From Nitrosopumilus sp. (lineage in GTDB: Archaea > Thermoproteota > Nitrososphaeria > Nitrososphaerales > Nitrosopumilaceae): a stretch of 64,000 nucleotides of DNA. The notes beneath the pieces were generated by a model. It ran no database searches, had not been told where the DNA came from, and saw nothing but the letters and a program-made list of their open reading frames with translations. Of the stretch, positions 38,028-48,673 are shown piece after piece (the first letter of the stretch is position 1; every line of letters begins with the position of its first letter). A program made the position numbers and the translations under genes. The stretch is from the NCBI GenBank assembly GCA_965249555.1, contig OZ252243.1:704001-768000 (forward strand). Direction: 5' to 3'.

Positions 38028-38540
38028 TTATTCTATCTCTGCAATTACGTCGCCTTTGGCAACGGTTCCAGCTTTTTTTACTTTGATTGATTTTATGACA
38101 CCGTCTTTGTGTGCCTTGATGGCAACTTGCATCTTCATAGACTCCAAAGTACAAACAACATCTCCCTTCTTTACAGAATCACCGTCTGCAACTGAAACAG
38201 ATACAACCTTTCCGGGAATCTGGCTTTTCAAGGCTAATTGTGCATCACCGGTACCGCCTCTGCCGGTATTTTTGTAAACAATTTCATCAAAGTGGGAATT
38301 AATGTTTAGAGTGATTGGGACATTATCAATTACAAGATTCATTTCATTTGTGGATTGTTCAAGATATTTTGCTCGGTGATACTTTTGGTCTAAAATAAAC
38401 TCAACTCCTTTTGAACTCATATTGATAATTTTTAATGCATGCTCGTTGTCGTTAATCCTAATTACATATTCATTATTACCAAGATTTTCTGTTATCCTTC
38501 CTTCAAATGATTTTTCAATGTCTGGTATCTTATAATCCAT
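38028..38540 (-). CDS. accB: Biotin carboxyl carrier subunit of acetyl-/propionyl-CoA carboxylase
   Basis: LESMKMQ biotinylation motif; last gene of the carboxylase operon. Confidence 0.92.
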   Translation of the reverse strand: MDYKIPDIEKSFEGRITENLGNNEYVIRINDNEHALKIINMSSKGVEFILDQKYHRAKYLEQSTNEMNLVIDNVPITLNINSHFDEIVYKNTGRGGTGDAQLALKSQIPGKVVSVSVADGDSVKKGDVVCTLESMKMQVAIKAHKDGVIKSIKVKKAGTVAKGDVIAEIE

Positions 38541-38546
38541 AATTCA

Positions 38547-40034
38547 TCAATCCAATTTGTTCTTCCAATTGGAATTACTGCTAGCATTATTTTGTACACG
38601 GCTCTTAAAGTATTCAGAGTGAATTATTGCAGCAGCCAAGGCTGCCTCACTCTTCTCTTCTTTTTCTTTCTTAAGATCTTCAGTCAGTCTATCAATCATA
38701 TTGTGACGCTTGAGAAAATCGGTGGACAGTTCTCCATTTTTGTACTCATCGGAATTTAGAATTGTTTTGTATAGAGGAATTGATGTCTCCACTCCCTGAA
38801 TGTAAAAGTCATTTAGCGCTGAGAGCATTCTGGTCCTAGACTCTTCAAATGTTTGACCCCATGTACAGAGTTTTGCCATAAGTGAGTCATAAAATGGAGA
38901 GACTGCGCATCCCGGATATAGATAAGTGTCACATCTAACGCTTGGTCCTGCGGGAATTGTAACATCGGGAATGGGGCCAGTAGAGGGGGCAAAGTCCAAG
39001 AACGTGTCTTCTGCATTGATTCTGCATTCTATTGCATATCCATTCATTTTGAGATCACTTTGTTTGAATGGTAATGCTTCACCATTTGCAATATCTATTT
39101 GCAATTTGACCAAATCCAGTCCAGATACAAGTTCTGTAATTGGGTGCTCTACTTGTAATCTTGCATTGATTTCAATGAAATAGAACTCCCCATCGTCTGC
39201 CCTTAGAAATTCAGCAGTTCCCAAGTTAGTATAGCCAACTGCATCAGCTGCTTTACAAACCAATTCACCTATACGGTTTCTTGTTTCCTCATCAACAATA
39301 GGTGACGGTGTTTGCTCAATTAGTTTTTGATTTCGCCTTTGAATCGAGCATTCTCGCTCAAAGATATGTACTGCATTACCATGAGTGTCTCTAGCCATTT
39401 GAAATTCAATGTGCCGCGTCTTTTCAAGGAATTTTTCTACAAGAATGGCAGATTTTCCTACTGATGCCATTGATTCTCCGGTAACAGATTCATAGCCATC
39501 GCGTAACTCTTTATCATTAGTTACTATTCTAATTCCACGACCACCGCCGCCATATACTGACTTTAGCATTACAGGATAACCAATGTCATTTGCAATTTTT
39601 TCTGCATCAGCAGCATCTTTTACAAGACCGGGACTTCCAGGTACGGTTGGAACTTTGGCCTTTAACATTGCATCCTTGCATTTCATCTTGTCACCACAGA
39701 GATCCATTGAATCTGCAGTTGGGCCGATGAAATTAATTTTATTTTTTTCACACAACCGTGCAAAGTCATCATTTTCAGAAAGAAAACCATAACCCGGATG
39801 AACGGCATCTGCACCAGAAGATAACATGACTTCAAGAATTTTTTCTTGGTTAAGATATGATTTGGTAGGAGTTGCCTCTCCAATGTGATATGCTTCGGTG
39901 GCTTGCTTTACGTGCAAGGAATTATAATCTTCATCAGAATAGACTGCAACGGATTTGATTCCAAGTGCCTTACATGTCCTAATTACACGTAAAGCAATCT
40001 CTCCCCTGTTTGCGACAAGTATTTTTTCGATCAT
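38547..40034 (-). CDS. accC: Biotin carboxylase subunit of acetyl-/propionyl-CoA carboxylase (3HP/4HB cycle)
   Basis: LVANRGEIA, HPGYGFLSEN, GGGGRG, ERECSIQRRNQK and RLQVEH. Confidence 0.96.
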   Translation of the reverse strand: MIEKILVANRGEIALRVIRTCKALGIKSVAVYSDEDYNSLHVKQATEAYHIGEATPTKSYLNQEKILEVMLSSGADAVHPGYGFLSENDDFARLCEKNKINFIGPTADSMDLCGDKMKCKDAMLKAKVPTVPGSPGLVKDAADAEKIANDIGYPVMLKSVYGGGGRGIRIVTNDKELRDGYESVTGESMASVGKSAILVEKFLEKTRHIEFQMARDTHGNAVHIFERECSIQRRNQKLIEQTPSPIVDEETRNRIGELVCKAADAVGYTNLGTAEFLRADDGEFYFIEINARLQVEHPITELVSGLDLVKLQIDIANGEALPFKQSDLKMNGYAIECRINAEDTFLDFAPSTGPIPDVTIPAGPSVRCDTYLYPGCAVSPFYDSLMAKLCTWGQTFEESRTRMLSALNDFYIQGVETSIPLYKTILNSDEYKNGELSTDFLKRHNMIDRLTEDLKKEKEEKSEAALAAAIIHSEYFKSRVQNNASSNSNWKNKLD

Positions 40035-40040
40035 TTCAAA

Positions 40041-41588
40041 TCACAGATTGATGTTTCCGTGTTTTCTGGGTAGTTGTTTCTCTCTCTTGTTTTCAAGCAT
40101 CTCTAGTGCTTTGATTAGCATGGGTCTTGTTTCGGCAGGATCAATTACATTATCAACTGTTCCATGAGATGCTGCAACGTAAGGATTTTCAAATTTTTCT
40201 GCAAATTCATCAATTAGCTCTTTTTTAAGAGACTCGGGGTCTTCAGATTTTGCAAGTTCCTTTCTATACATGATTTTTACGGCTGCCTCTCCACCCAAAA
40301 CAGCACATCTTGCAGTAGGCCATGCATAGTTGATGTCAGTTCTAAGATTCTTACTTCCCATTGCAATGTATGCGCCGCCATATGCTTTGCCAATGACTAG
40401 GGTGATTCTTGGAACAGTAGCTTCACAGAATGCATAGAGCAGTTTACTTCCATGTCTAATTATTCCATTGTGTTCTTGATTGGAGCCAGGCATGTAACCG
40501 GGAGTGTCAACCAGAGTGACAAGAGGTATGTTAAATGAATCACAGAACCTAATGAAACGTGCTGCCTTGTTTGATGAATCAATATCAAGCGCACCAGCAA
40601 GGTGCATAGGATTGTTTGCAACAAATCCAACAACTCTGCCATTCATTCGTCCATAGCCAACCACAATATTTGGTGCAAACAATTCATGCACTTCAAAGAA
40701 TTCATGATTGTCAACTATAGAGTTGATGATATCCTTCATGTCATAGGGTTGCAGGGGATTTTCCGGAATTATATTGATCAGATTGTGATCTAATCTATTT
40801 GGATCATCATCAGTTGCAGTTTTAGGTGGCTCTTCAGTATTATTTTGCGGAAGATATGAGAGTAATTTTTTGACGTAATCCATGCACTCGTATTCATTTT
40901 CTGCAACAAAATGTGCAACCCCACTCTTTGCACCATGGGTAATTGCACCGCCAAGGTCTTCAAATGAAATTTCTTCGCCCAATACAGTCTTGACCACATC
41001 AGGTCCTGTGACAAACATGGTTCCTATCTTGTCAACCATAATTACAAAGTCAGTCATTGCTGGAGAGTATACGGCACCGCCAGCAGAAGGGCCAATGCTT
41101 GCGGTAATTTGTGGAATTACTCCAGAAGCTAATTGATTGTAATAGAAGATATCTGCAAATCCATCAAGACTCATTATTCCCTCTTGGATTCTGGCACCGC
41201 CAGAATCCATTATTCCAATAATTGGGCATCCGGTTTTGAGTGCATGCTCTGTAAGTTTTGTAATTTTTTGAGCTCCCATCCTACTCAGTGTTCCACCAAG
41301 TACAGTAAAGTCATAAGCAAAGACAAAGATCTGTCTGCCATTTGCTGTCCCATATCCACAAACTACGCCATCTGTAAAGAATTTCTTCTTCTGCATGTCA
41401 TATTCATGATAGTGGTGCGTGGTTAACGGATCAATCTCAGTAAAGGTACCCTCATCAAGCAAAAGATTGATTCTTTCACGGGCAGTTAGTTTTCCCTTAT
41501 CATGTTGAGCCTTGATTCTATCCTGGCCCCCTCCCTGTAATGCCGTGTTATTCTTTTTAGTATATTCTTCAATCTTTTCAGAATGCAT
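40041..41588 (-). CDS. pccB: Carboxyltransferase subunit of acetyl-/propionyl-CoA carboxylase
   Basis: GKLTARERI, DSGGARIQEG, GPSAGGAVYSPA and KAYGGAY; ends KHGNINL. Confidence 0.93.
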   Translation of the reverse strand: MHSEKIEEYTKKNNTALQGGGQDRIKAQHDKGKLTARERINLLLDEGTFTEIDPLTTHHYHEYDMQKKKFFTDGVVCGYGTANGRQIFVFAYDFTVLGGTLSRMGAQKITKLTEHALKTGCPIIGIMDSGGARIQEGIMSLDGFADIFYYNQLASGVIPQITASIGPSAGGAVYSPAMTDFVIMVDKIGTMFVTGPDVVKTVLGEEISFEDLGGAITHGAKSGVAHFVAENEYECMDYVKKLLSYLPQNNTEEPPKTATDDDPNRLDHNLINIIPENPLQPYDMKDIINSIVDNHEFFEVHELFAPNIVVGYGRMNGRVVGFVANNPMHLAGALDIDSSNKAARFIRFCDSFNIPLVTLVDTPGYMPGSNQEHNGIIRHGSKLLYAFCEATVPRITLVIGKAYGGAYIAMGSKNLRTDINYAWPTARCAVLGGEAAVKIMYRKELAKSEDPESLKKELIDEFAEKFENPYVAASHGTVDNVIDPAETRPMLIKALEMLENKREKQLPRKHGNINL

Positions 41589-41690
41589 AACAGTGATCTA
41601 AAGCAAGAGGTTTTCCTATATTAATTTAATTTGACAACAGAGACATTGTCAAATTTTTACAAAAATTCAGGTATTGTCCATTTTGGAAAT

Positions 41691-42002
41691 TCAAGAGTTG
41701 AGAATTATGAATTTCTTTTTGACTGATTTCTGGTAAGAGTCAAAAGCATCTTTCTCCTCGCTACACTTCTTACAGATACATAGTTGAGATACGTTTGGAA
41801 TATCACAATTTTCCTGAAATTCACATTGTGAACAGCCAGCAGATGCACCACATACTGCGCATTGCAATTCATTGGTTTGAGCACATTTTTCATGTTTTAC
41901 ACCCAATCCTTTTGCCCATAATCCAATTTCATTGACCTTGATTTTTTCATTGCACACTATACAGGTCCCCGGAAACTTCATAGGGATTTTTCTCCAGCTC
42001 AT
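41691..42002 (-). CDS. Cys-rich hypothetical protein
   Basis: Multiple CxxC motifs; overlaps the rfcL stop. Confidence 0.75.
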   Translation of the reverse strand: MSWRKIPMKFPGTCIVCNEKIKVNEIGLWAKGLGVKHEKCAQTNELQCAVCGASAGCSQCEFQENCDIPNVSQLCICKKCSEEKDAFDSYQKSVKKKFIILNS

Positions 42003-43168
42003 TGGATTAGTTCGATCTCCTTGTCTATAACATCGCCAAAAGTTTCTTCCATGTCTAATTCAAGAGTCTTATTTTTAATGCAAAATAAGACATAAGGCAG
42101 ACAAAGTGCCACAAAAGTACTGGATGACATGTGTAGTTTTTTTGCCATGACATGTGACAATGACTTTATTTTTTTGCCATCCCAACGAATTCTGTTAAGT
42201 AATGGCCATGAAAGATTGTATTGAGAATACCTGATTCTGTCATCATTTTGATACAATTCCACCAAAGTATCATTGAGATATCGTAAGAGTCTCCAATTCT
42301 GGGTTTTCATAATCTTGCCATAAAGCATATCAGCATTTGAAATTACTTGCAGGTATTTTGCAAGTGTTATATTATCTAGATCACTTGTGATGATACTGGA
42401 ATAAAATGCATTGATCTTCTCTCGCGGATCAATTTGCATAGAATATAAAACGCCTCTGGCTTCCTCAATTGAATTTGCCTTAAAGAATGCATTTACCCCA
42501 TCTTCAACATTAACACTTTCAAAAGACGTTTCAGTCTGAGGATTAAATCCAGTCACTAAAGACTGAGTCAAATTGATCATTGAGCGGATATCTCCATGTG
42601 ATTTGCCAATTACCTTGATCAGAGAGCCAGGACTTAGTTTTGCACCTTCTTTTTTCAGAATGTTTTCAAGATAGACCCTCAAAAGACGAGGAGGAATTCT
42701 TTTGAAGCGTATTGTTTTAACCACTTTTTTGATGCCTTTCATTTTATCTGATGCATCATCGTTTGCAGCAAGGATGATGGGTACTGTAGGTTCTTTTAGA
42801 ATGTCAACAAGTGCCGCTGCGCCACCATAATCACCACGACCATGAATGCCATCCACCTCGTCAACAAATATCATAGGTGTTCCCAAAACACTCACATTAC
42901 CTAAGACAGGTGTAAGAATTTCATTGATTCTGGACTTGCTTCGTGCATCACTAGCATTAAGCCCAATCATGTCATATCCAAATTGTTTTGCAACAAGATA
43001 GGCTATTGTGGTTTTTCCAATTCCAGGCGGTCCAACTAAAAGAAGGGGTTTTGTTCCTTTCTTCCATTTTGCAAACCATTCCATGATAGCGGCACGGGGT
43101 TCTTCGTTTCCTATCATATCAGAAATAATCTGAGGCCGATGTTTTTCAGACCACATCAATTTTATCAC
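41999..43168 (-). CDS. rfcL: Replication factor C large subunit
   Basis: WSEKHRP, GPPGIGKTT, LNASDAR, DEVDG and GDIRS. Confidence 0.9.
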   Translation of the reverse strand: MIKLMWSEKHRPQIISDMIGNEEPRAAIMEWFAKWKKGTKPLLLVGPPGIGKTTIAYLVAKQFGYDMIGLNASDARSKSRINEILTPVLGNVSVLGTPMIFVDEVDGIHGRGDYGGAAALVDILKEPTVPIILAANDDASDKMKGIKKVVKTIRFKRIPPRLLRVYLENILKKEGAKLSPGSLIKVIGKSHGDIRSMINLTQSLVTGFNPQTETSFESVNVEDGVNAFFKANSIEEARGVLYSMQIDPREKINAFYSSIITSDLDNITLAKYLQVISNADMLYGKIMKTQNWRLLRYLNDTLVELYQNDDRIRYSQYNLSWPLLNRIRWDGKKIKSLSHVMAKKLHMSSSTFVALCLPYVLFCIKNKTLELDMEETFGDVIDKEIELIQ

Positions 43169-44280
43169 TTTGGAAGTTTGGATTCAAACTCGGACCATCT
43201 GTTGGCTTTTTGTAATTTATTATACCAATACTGGTTATAATGCTCTACAGTCAAAAACAAAAATTCCAGAAATTCTCTGTGTGAGAATCCATCAGGTAAC
43301 AGTTCCAGGGTAAGACGGGCATCCTGCAAAAACAGATTACTCTTTTCCAAAGTAATTTCAAATCCTTTCTTCACATCATTTGCTAACAGTGAATAGTAGA
43401 GTGGCCAAGAAGGTATCTTTACAAATCCATTTTTAATCGAGTCCTCAATTTCATTTCCACAGCCAACACCTTCTGCAGCTCTTGCCATACCCAAATAGAA
43501 AATTTCACCTAATGGTCGTTCTGCCAAAGCCATGTTTTTACCTGCAGTGCCCATTACTGCTCGATATTTTTTGTAAGATAGGGTCATTTCTTCTTCAGTA
43601 ATTTCAGTAGGTCTTGATTTTAATTTTTCATCAAGATATTGTCCTATTCTTGCATCTTTGAATCCCTCTTCAAATTCTTTTAGTACTTGTTCACCACCCT
43701 TTGAAATTTTATCACGAGCCAATTTCAAGATGTATGGGTTCATTAGTTTGTAATCATCAAGAAATTCCAAGTCTTCATCTCTATCTACAATTCTGTCCAT
43801 TGGCTCACTGAGATCTATTGCTAAGATATGTCCCTCAACCACATCCTGTTTTAATTGAGGATCATCTCTTCCAGCATAATCTGCCGCAGCGTCAAACAAT
43901 CCATTGAAAACAGGAAAGGTCATTTTTACAAAATTTGAGTTTAAAATTCCAAGTACCCGGTCTTTTAGTACATCAGGACTCTCTAACTTTGATTTTATAG
44001 GCTCAATTTCTGTTGCATTCAGTATTATTTCAGTAGAGCCCACTTCATCACCGAATGCCTGCTGAGTAGAATTTGGGTTAGTATCAGATTTTATTTCATT
44101 AAGAAGGCCTTGTGCAAATCTTTCGGCAAAATTTGGAAATTCATTTTCCGTCTCTTCTTTATACTTTTTAAATAACTTGTAACCTTTTGATTTGAACAAG
44201 CCCTGTTTGATAATTTGTTTACCAGGTTTTGTGCTCATCAAAGCTTCTTTACTTACAACAGATTGATCTTTGCCACTCAC
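43165..44280 (-). CDS. Conserved hypothetical protein
   Basis: 371-aa ORF coupled to rfcL. Confidence 0.8.
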   Translation of the reverse strand: MSGKDQSVVSKEALMSTKPGKQIIKQGLFKSKGYKLFKKYKEETENEFPNFAERFAQGLLNEIKSDTNPNSTQQAFGDEVGSTEIILNATEIEPIKSKLESPDVLKDRVLGILNSNFVKMTFPVFNGLFDAAADYAGRDDPQLKQDVVEGHILAIDLSEPMDRIVDRDEDLEFLDDYKLMNPYILKLARDKISKGGEQVLKEFEEGFKDARIGQYLDEKLKSRPTEITEEEMTLSYKKYRAVMGTAGKNMALAERPLGEIFYLGMARAAEGVGCGNEIEDSIKNGFVKIPSWPLYYSLLANDVKKGFEITLEKSNLFLQDARLTLELLPDGFSHREFLEFLFLTVEHYNQYWYNKLQKANRWSEFESKLPK

Positions 44281-44353
44281 AAACGTAAATTTCTTTGTTG
44301 TTATTTATGCTTTCAAGACAAATGTTTACTTCACTTAAATTACGAAAATCTAA

Positions 44354-45163
44354 ATGTTCAGCATGGAAGTAATAGAGATCCTTCGGGAAGCTTCAAATAG
44401 AATTTATAAAAATGTAAAAGATCTTGCAGGTACTGAGCAAGCTGCAGGGGATTTTGGCAGAGGGGCAGGAGGGGACATTTCACGAAACATAGACATTGTT
44501 GCTGAAAAAACAGTTTTAGATTATCTCAAAGAGATTGATTTTGAATGTACTGTTTTAGGTGAAGAATGTGGAAGAGTTGAATTGTCAGATAATTCTAAAG
44601 GATATATCATTATGGATGCAATAGATGGGTCTGCTAATGCAGTACGTGGCGTTCCTTTCTTCTGCAGTTCATTGGCATTTGCAACTGAGAACAAACTTAG
44701 TTCAGTTACAGATGCAGTTATTACAAATCTGACAAACGGGGAGATGTATTGGGCTTTGAAAAACAAAGGCGCATTTTTCAATGAGGAGCAGATCAAAGTG
44801 CATAACAGTGATCCAATATACAAAATAGTCGGCATCAACACGTCTGGGGCATCAGTGGATTTGATGAGACGATTACATCCAATATTTGAAAACCACAATC
44901 ACACAAGACATTTTGGTGCAAATGCCCTAGAAATGGCACTGTTTGCGAGAGGATTGATGGATGTCTTTATTGATTTGAGGGATAAGATCAGAATTCAGGA
45001 TATTGCTGCAGGGTATCTAATTGTTAAAGAGGCAGGCGGGTTACTATTAGATGCAGATTTGAACCCACTTGATGCTGACCTAAGTTATGATACAAGAGTT
45101 TCCTTTATTGCCGCTGCAAACCAGAAAATTCTGGATGAAATAGTATCGCAGATCAATCAGTGA
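44354..45163 (+). CDS. Inositol monophosphatase/fructose-1,6-bisphosphatase family protein
   Basis: GEE, DAIDGSAN and DIAAGYLIVKEAGG motifs. Confidence 0.92.
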   Translation: MFSMEVIEILREASNRIYKNVKDLAGTEQAAGDFGRGAGGDISRNIDIVAEKTVLDYLKEIDFECTVLGEECGRVELSDNSKGYIIMDAIDGSANAVRGVPFFCSSLAFATENKLSSVTDAVITNLTNGEMYWALKNKGAFFNEEQIKVHNSDPIYKIVGINTSGASVDLMRRLHPIFENHNHTRHFGANALEMALFARGLMDVFIDLRDKIRIQDIAAGYLIVKEAGGLLLDADLNPLDADLSYDTRVSFIAAANQKILDEIVSQINQ

Positions 45164-45295
45164 ACAAATTACAATGGAAGATTAAATTTTCACAAGTGAT
45201 TTTATAGTTTTTCATACTTGAGAACAATAATCAAGTTTTGAGAATGAAAATATAAAAGAAATATTTTTATTTATAATAGGGGAAAAACTTCTTGT

Positions 45296-46138
45296 ATGGT
45301 TTCTGAGATGAAGGCAAAGGTCACTTATATGGAAATGCTAAAAGAAGATCTTGTAATTATACGACTAGTTCCAGAAAATGGAATGCCAGAATACAGAACT
45401 GGTCAATTTCTAACTATCGGCCTTCCAATACCAGCAGAAAAAAAGGTGGTTAGAAGGGCATATTCACTTGCATCCCATGCAGGAAATAGGGATTATTTTG
45501 AATTTGTAATTAGATGGGTAAGAAAACCGCTTCCAGGCCGTGTTACAACCGAATTATTTTATCTAAGTGTTGGTGATGAGGTATCACTAGGATATCCTAC
45601 GGGAGCCGCATTACAAATTAGTGAAAGGCTACCTAGCGGAAAAAAAGACGACAGGAGAGTTATTTGCGTTGGTGGCGGAACAGGATTGGCACCATTTATT
45701 GCATTTGCACACCATTTCCATGATACTAATGACAAAAGAGAGTTGATTATTTTACACGGGGCAAGTTACATTGATGAATTGAGTTACAAGCGACTCTTGA
45801 CAGATTTCGAAAATGAAAGTGAAAGAAGAGGAAGAGATCAATGGAACTTTAGATATAGGGCAGCCATAAGTAGACCAAAAGAATTCTACAACAGATCTTG
45901 GTCCGGCCATATAGGCAGAGTAGAATCATTTTTCAAGCCTGATAAAAAAACCGGATTATCACCAGTAGATGAGATGGTAGGAGAAGAGATAACACCAGAG
46001 AACACCATAGTGTACATTTGCGGTTATCAAGGTACAATTGATGGGGTAATTGAGTCTCTTGGTTCAAAAGGTTTTGTTACTGAACACGAGAAAAATCCAG
46101 ATGGAAGCTTTGGAATAAAGTTTGAATCTTACGGATAA
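45296..46138 (+). CDS. Ferredoxin-NADP+ reductase-like protein, paralog 1
   Basis: RRAYS, GGGTGLAPF and YICG; ends ESYG. Confidence 0.88.
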   Translation: MVSEMKAKVTYMEMLKEDLVIIRLVPENGMPEYRTGQFLTIGLPIPAEKKVVRRAYSLASHAGNRDYFEFVIRWVRKPLPGRVTTELFYLSVGDEVSLGYPTGAALQISERLPSGKKDDRRVICVGGGTGLAPFIAFAHHFHDTNDKRELIILHGASYIDELSYKRLLTDFENESERRGRDQWNFRYRAAISRPKEFYNRSWSGHIGRVESFFKPDKKTGLSPVDEMVGEEITPENTIVYICGYQGTIDGVIESLGSKGFVTEHEKNPDGSFGIKFESYG

Positions 46139-46252
46139 GAGCGATTTTTCAAAAAAATAATTACAAAGTTTTGTTTGTAGAATTTAAAAAATCGGTTTTT
46201 AGCAGATGCGGCATACCTGTGGATTTTTATATTGTAGTATTTTTTCTAAAGT

Positions 46253-46420
46253 ATGGCAAAACTCAAGTGTGCAGATTATGGATTTGAGTGTGATTTTGTA
46301 GCAGACGGGGAGATGGAAAAAGTAATCGATAATTTTAGAAAACATACTGATGAGGAACACGGAATAGACTATTCCAAGGAAGCAGTAATGCAGTTTCTCT
46401 TAAGAAAACAAGGCACATAG
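46253..46420 (+). CDS. DUF1059-like small metal-binding protein
   Basis: Manual translation MAKLKCADYGFECDFVADG...FRKHTDEEHG (55 aa, below the track cut-off). Confidence 0.8.
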   Translation: MAKLKCADYGFECDFVADGEMEKVIDNFRKHTDEEHGIDYSKEAVMQFLLRKQGT

Positions 46421-46426
46421 AAAAAA

Positions 46427-47503
46427 TTAAGCATCCAATCTCTTCATTGTTACAGATAAGATAGGAACTTCTTTTGCAATAATTTTTTCAACTGCAGGGA
46501 CGATTCCGACTCTGGTTTTAACACTATCTTCATAAATTTCGTGAACTTGATCTCTAAACAATAGTTTGATTCCGGGAAGTTTAGTAATTCCTTCATCAAC
46601 AGTTCTAGGATCTGACAGATCTAAAATCAGCGTACCTTTTTTCTTTTCTTCCATCACCAAATGGATTCTATCATATGTGATTAAGAAATAATCACATGTT
46701 GTTGCAACAAAGATCACATCATATTTATCAAAACCAGACAAAATTTCATTAAACTCAACAGGGTTTCCCCCCAAAAGTGTCGTAAATCCAGTTGCACGTT
46801 CAATTTCCCTACTTGTTACATCAAAGTTGATGTCTTTGGTATTCAGAGTTTTGGCAACCATAGCGGCTAGCTCACCAGTGCCAATAAGTAACACTTTTTT
46901 CTTGGCATCAAGTCCTGTTTTTTCATCTACCAATTTTACTGCAACATCACCAAGAGAAAATACGTCTTTTGAAATTCCAGTGGTATCTCGCATTCTTGTG
47001 GCTAGTCTAATTACGCTTTCAAATAATTTATTAAGAATTTTGCCAGATACGCCCGCACTCTTTGCTTTGGCTAATGATAACACTATTTCATCAAACACTT
47101 TTTGTTTTCCCACAACAGGGGAATCTAGTCCGGATGCTAAACGTAATAGATGAAGATACACATCATCGCCTTTGTATACTTCGAGAGTTTGATCAAAATG
47201 ATCAATGTCAATCTGTTCCAATGAAGATAATGGTATCCAGGTATCTTTGATTTGATTTAACACAAGAGTTTTTCCTTCAGCTCTTCGTGCATCAGGGGAA
47301 TCAGAAGTTTCAACATTGCTTACTAAAAAGATTTCAACCCTACTTGCTGTTTGAATGATGATGCATTCATCAACCCCAGAGATTTTTTTGAATTCTTCGG
47401 ATGCTGCAAGTACATCTTTGAAAGTATACTTTGCTAATGCATGTAGAGGAACATTTTTGAAAGTGACTCTTGCATTCATAACATCAAAGTGTACCTGACT
47501 CAT
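46427..47503 (-). CDS. Glutamyl-tRNA reductase (HemA)-like protein lacking the catalytic Cys
   Basis: HLLRLASGLDS, LIGTGE and ILDLSDPR are present, but TASRVE replaces TCNRxE. Confidence 0.8.
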   Translation of the reverse strand: MSQVHFDVMNARVTFKNVPLHALAKYTFKDVLAASEEFKKISGVDECIIIQTASRVEIFLVSNVETSDSPDARRAEGKTLVLNQIKDTWIPLSSLEQIDIDHFDQTLEVYKGDDVYLHLLRLASGLDSPVVGKQKVFDEIVLSLAKAKSAGVSGKILNKLFESVIRLATRMRDTTGISKDVFSLGDVAVKLVDEKTGLDAKKKVLLIGTGELAAMVAKTLNTKDINFDVTSREIERATGFTTLLGGNPVEFNEILSGFDKYDVIFVATTCDYFLITYDRIHLVMEEKKKGTLILDLSDPRTVDEGITKLPGIKLLFRDQVHEIYEDSVKTRVGIVPAVEKIIAKEVPILSVTMKRLDA

Positions 47504-47513
47504 ATCATCACCA

Positions 47514-48251
47514 TTAAGATTTTAGCTTGTCTCGTCCACCTTTAGCAGTTCGGAAAACATTCATTCCGATATAGAAATTTTCATGTAATGATTCCAAGTA
47601 AGTAATGTCATTTTTGGCGTTTTTGATTTGTTGTGCAGTGGATTCGGGATCATTTTTTAATTTTCCAAGTCTTTGTTTTGATTCCTCTAAAAATTTATCA
47701 ACTGCGTGTTCATAGTTTGAAACACCGGCAAACTCTGGACTAAGAACATGTTCAGGAATATAAGCAGGGGTTGTATCTTGAAACAACTCAGCTTTTCTTG
47801 TTATAGATTCCTGTTCTTCTGCTGAAAGAATTGGTCGTGGGAATCGATCTTTTTTATCTAACCAAAATTCTGGTTCACCCATCTCTCGTCTAAAGATTTC
47901 CTCACCTTGTCTCTTGAAGGTGTAATCAGGGCCTTTTGCTGCATCTGCTTTTACTTCATCAGCAATTGCTTTGTATTCTGCTTCTGCTGCTGCTTCAGCT
48001 TTTTCTTTTGCAGCGGCTGCTTTTGCAACAGCTTTGTTTGCCGCAATCTCTGCTTTTTCAGCTGCTTTTGCTGCTGCATCTGCCTTACTTGTTGCATCAA
48101 CTGCAGATTTTACTTCTTTTTCAGATTTAGTTTTTGCAGTTTTATCGGTAGATGGTTTATCGGTAGATGGTTTATCGGTAGATGGTTTATCTGATGCTGA
48201 ATCTTTTGTAGGTTTTGCTTCTACTTTAGGATCTTTGTCCTCAGACATCAA
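47514..48251 (-). CDS. Hypothetical protein with a low-complexity Ala/Lys-rich N-terminus
   Basis: DKPST x3 (15-bp tandem repeat at 48141-48191) and an A/K/E-rich helix. Confidence 0.75.
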   Translation of the reverse strand: MMSEDKDPKVEAKPTKDSASDKPSTDKPSTDKPSTDKTAKTKSEKEVKSAVDATSKADAAAKAAEKAEIAANKAVAKAAAAKEKAEAAAEAEYKAIADEVKADAAKGPDYTFKRQGEEIFRREMGEPEFWLDKKDRFPRPILSAEEQESITRKAELFQDTTPAYIPEHVLSPEFAGVSNYEHAVDKFLEESKQRLGKLKNDPESTAQQIKNAKNDITYLESLHENFYIGMNVFRTAKGGRDKLKS

Positions 48252-48382
48252 AATTTACTAAAGTTGCCTGAATTTTAAGATTCTTGTATAAAAAATCATT
48301 AATCATTTCTTTTTAGCATATACAAATGTCGTTCTGATCGGTTGTAAAACGATTTTCCGCTAACCAAATTTTGTAAAAATTA

Positions 48383-48460
48383 TGGCGCCCTCGGCGGGAT
48401 TTGAACACGCGTCTCAGCCGTGACAGGGCCGAATTCTAGACCGGGCTATACTACAAGGGC
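48383..48460 (-). tRNA. tRNA-Asp(GTC)
   Basis: Reverse complement GCCCTTG...CGGCC-CTGTCAC-GGCTG...TTCAAAT...CGAGGGC-G-CCA. Confidence 0.93.
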
Positions 48461-48556
48461 ACAAATACTTTGAATCAAAATGCTAGATTAAAAGTTTCTG
48501 TCACAACAAAATCTTTTGTAAAAGACTAAATTATACACGTAAAGTATTTTTCATAA

Positions 48557-48630
48557 GGGTCTATGGCGCAGCCAGGTAGCGCACCGGACTTTTAATCCGG
48601 TTGTCAAGGGTCCGAATCCCTTTAGACCCG
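48557..48630 (+). tRNA. tRNA-Lys(TTT)
   Basis: GGGTCTA...CCGGA-CTTTTAA-TCCGG...TAGACCC-G cloverleaf. Confidence 0.93.
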
Positions 48631-48673
48631 CCTCTTTTTGTTTACAAATAAAGACCCACCTGCCACTAATTAC

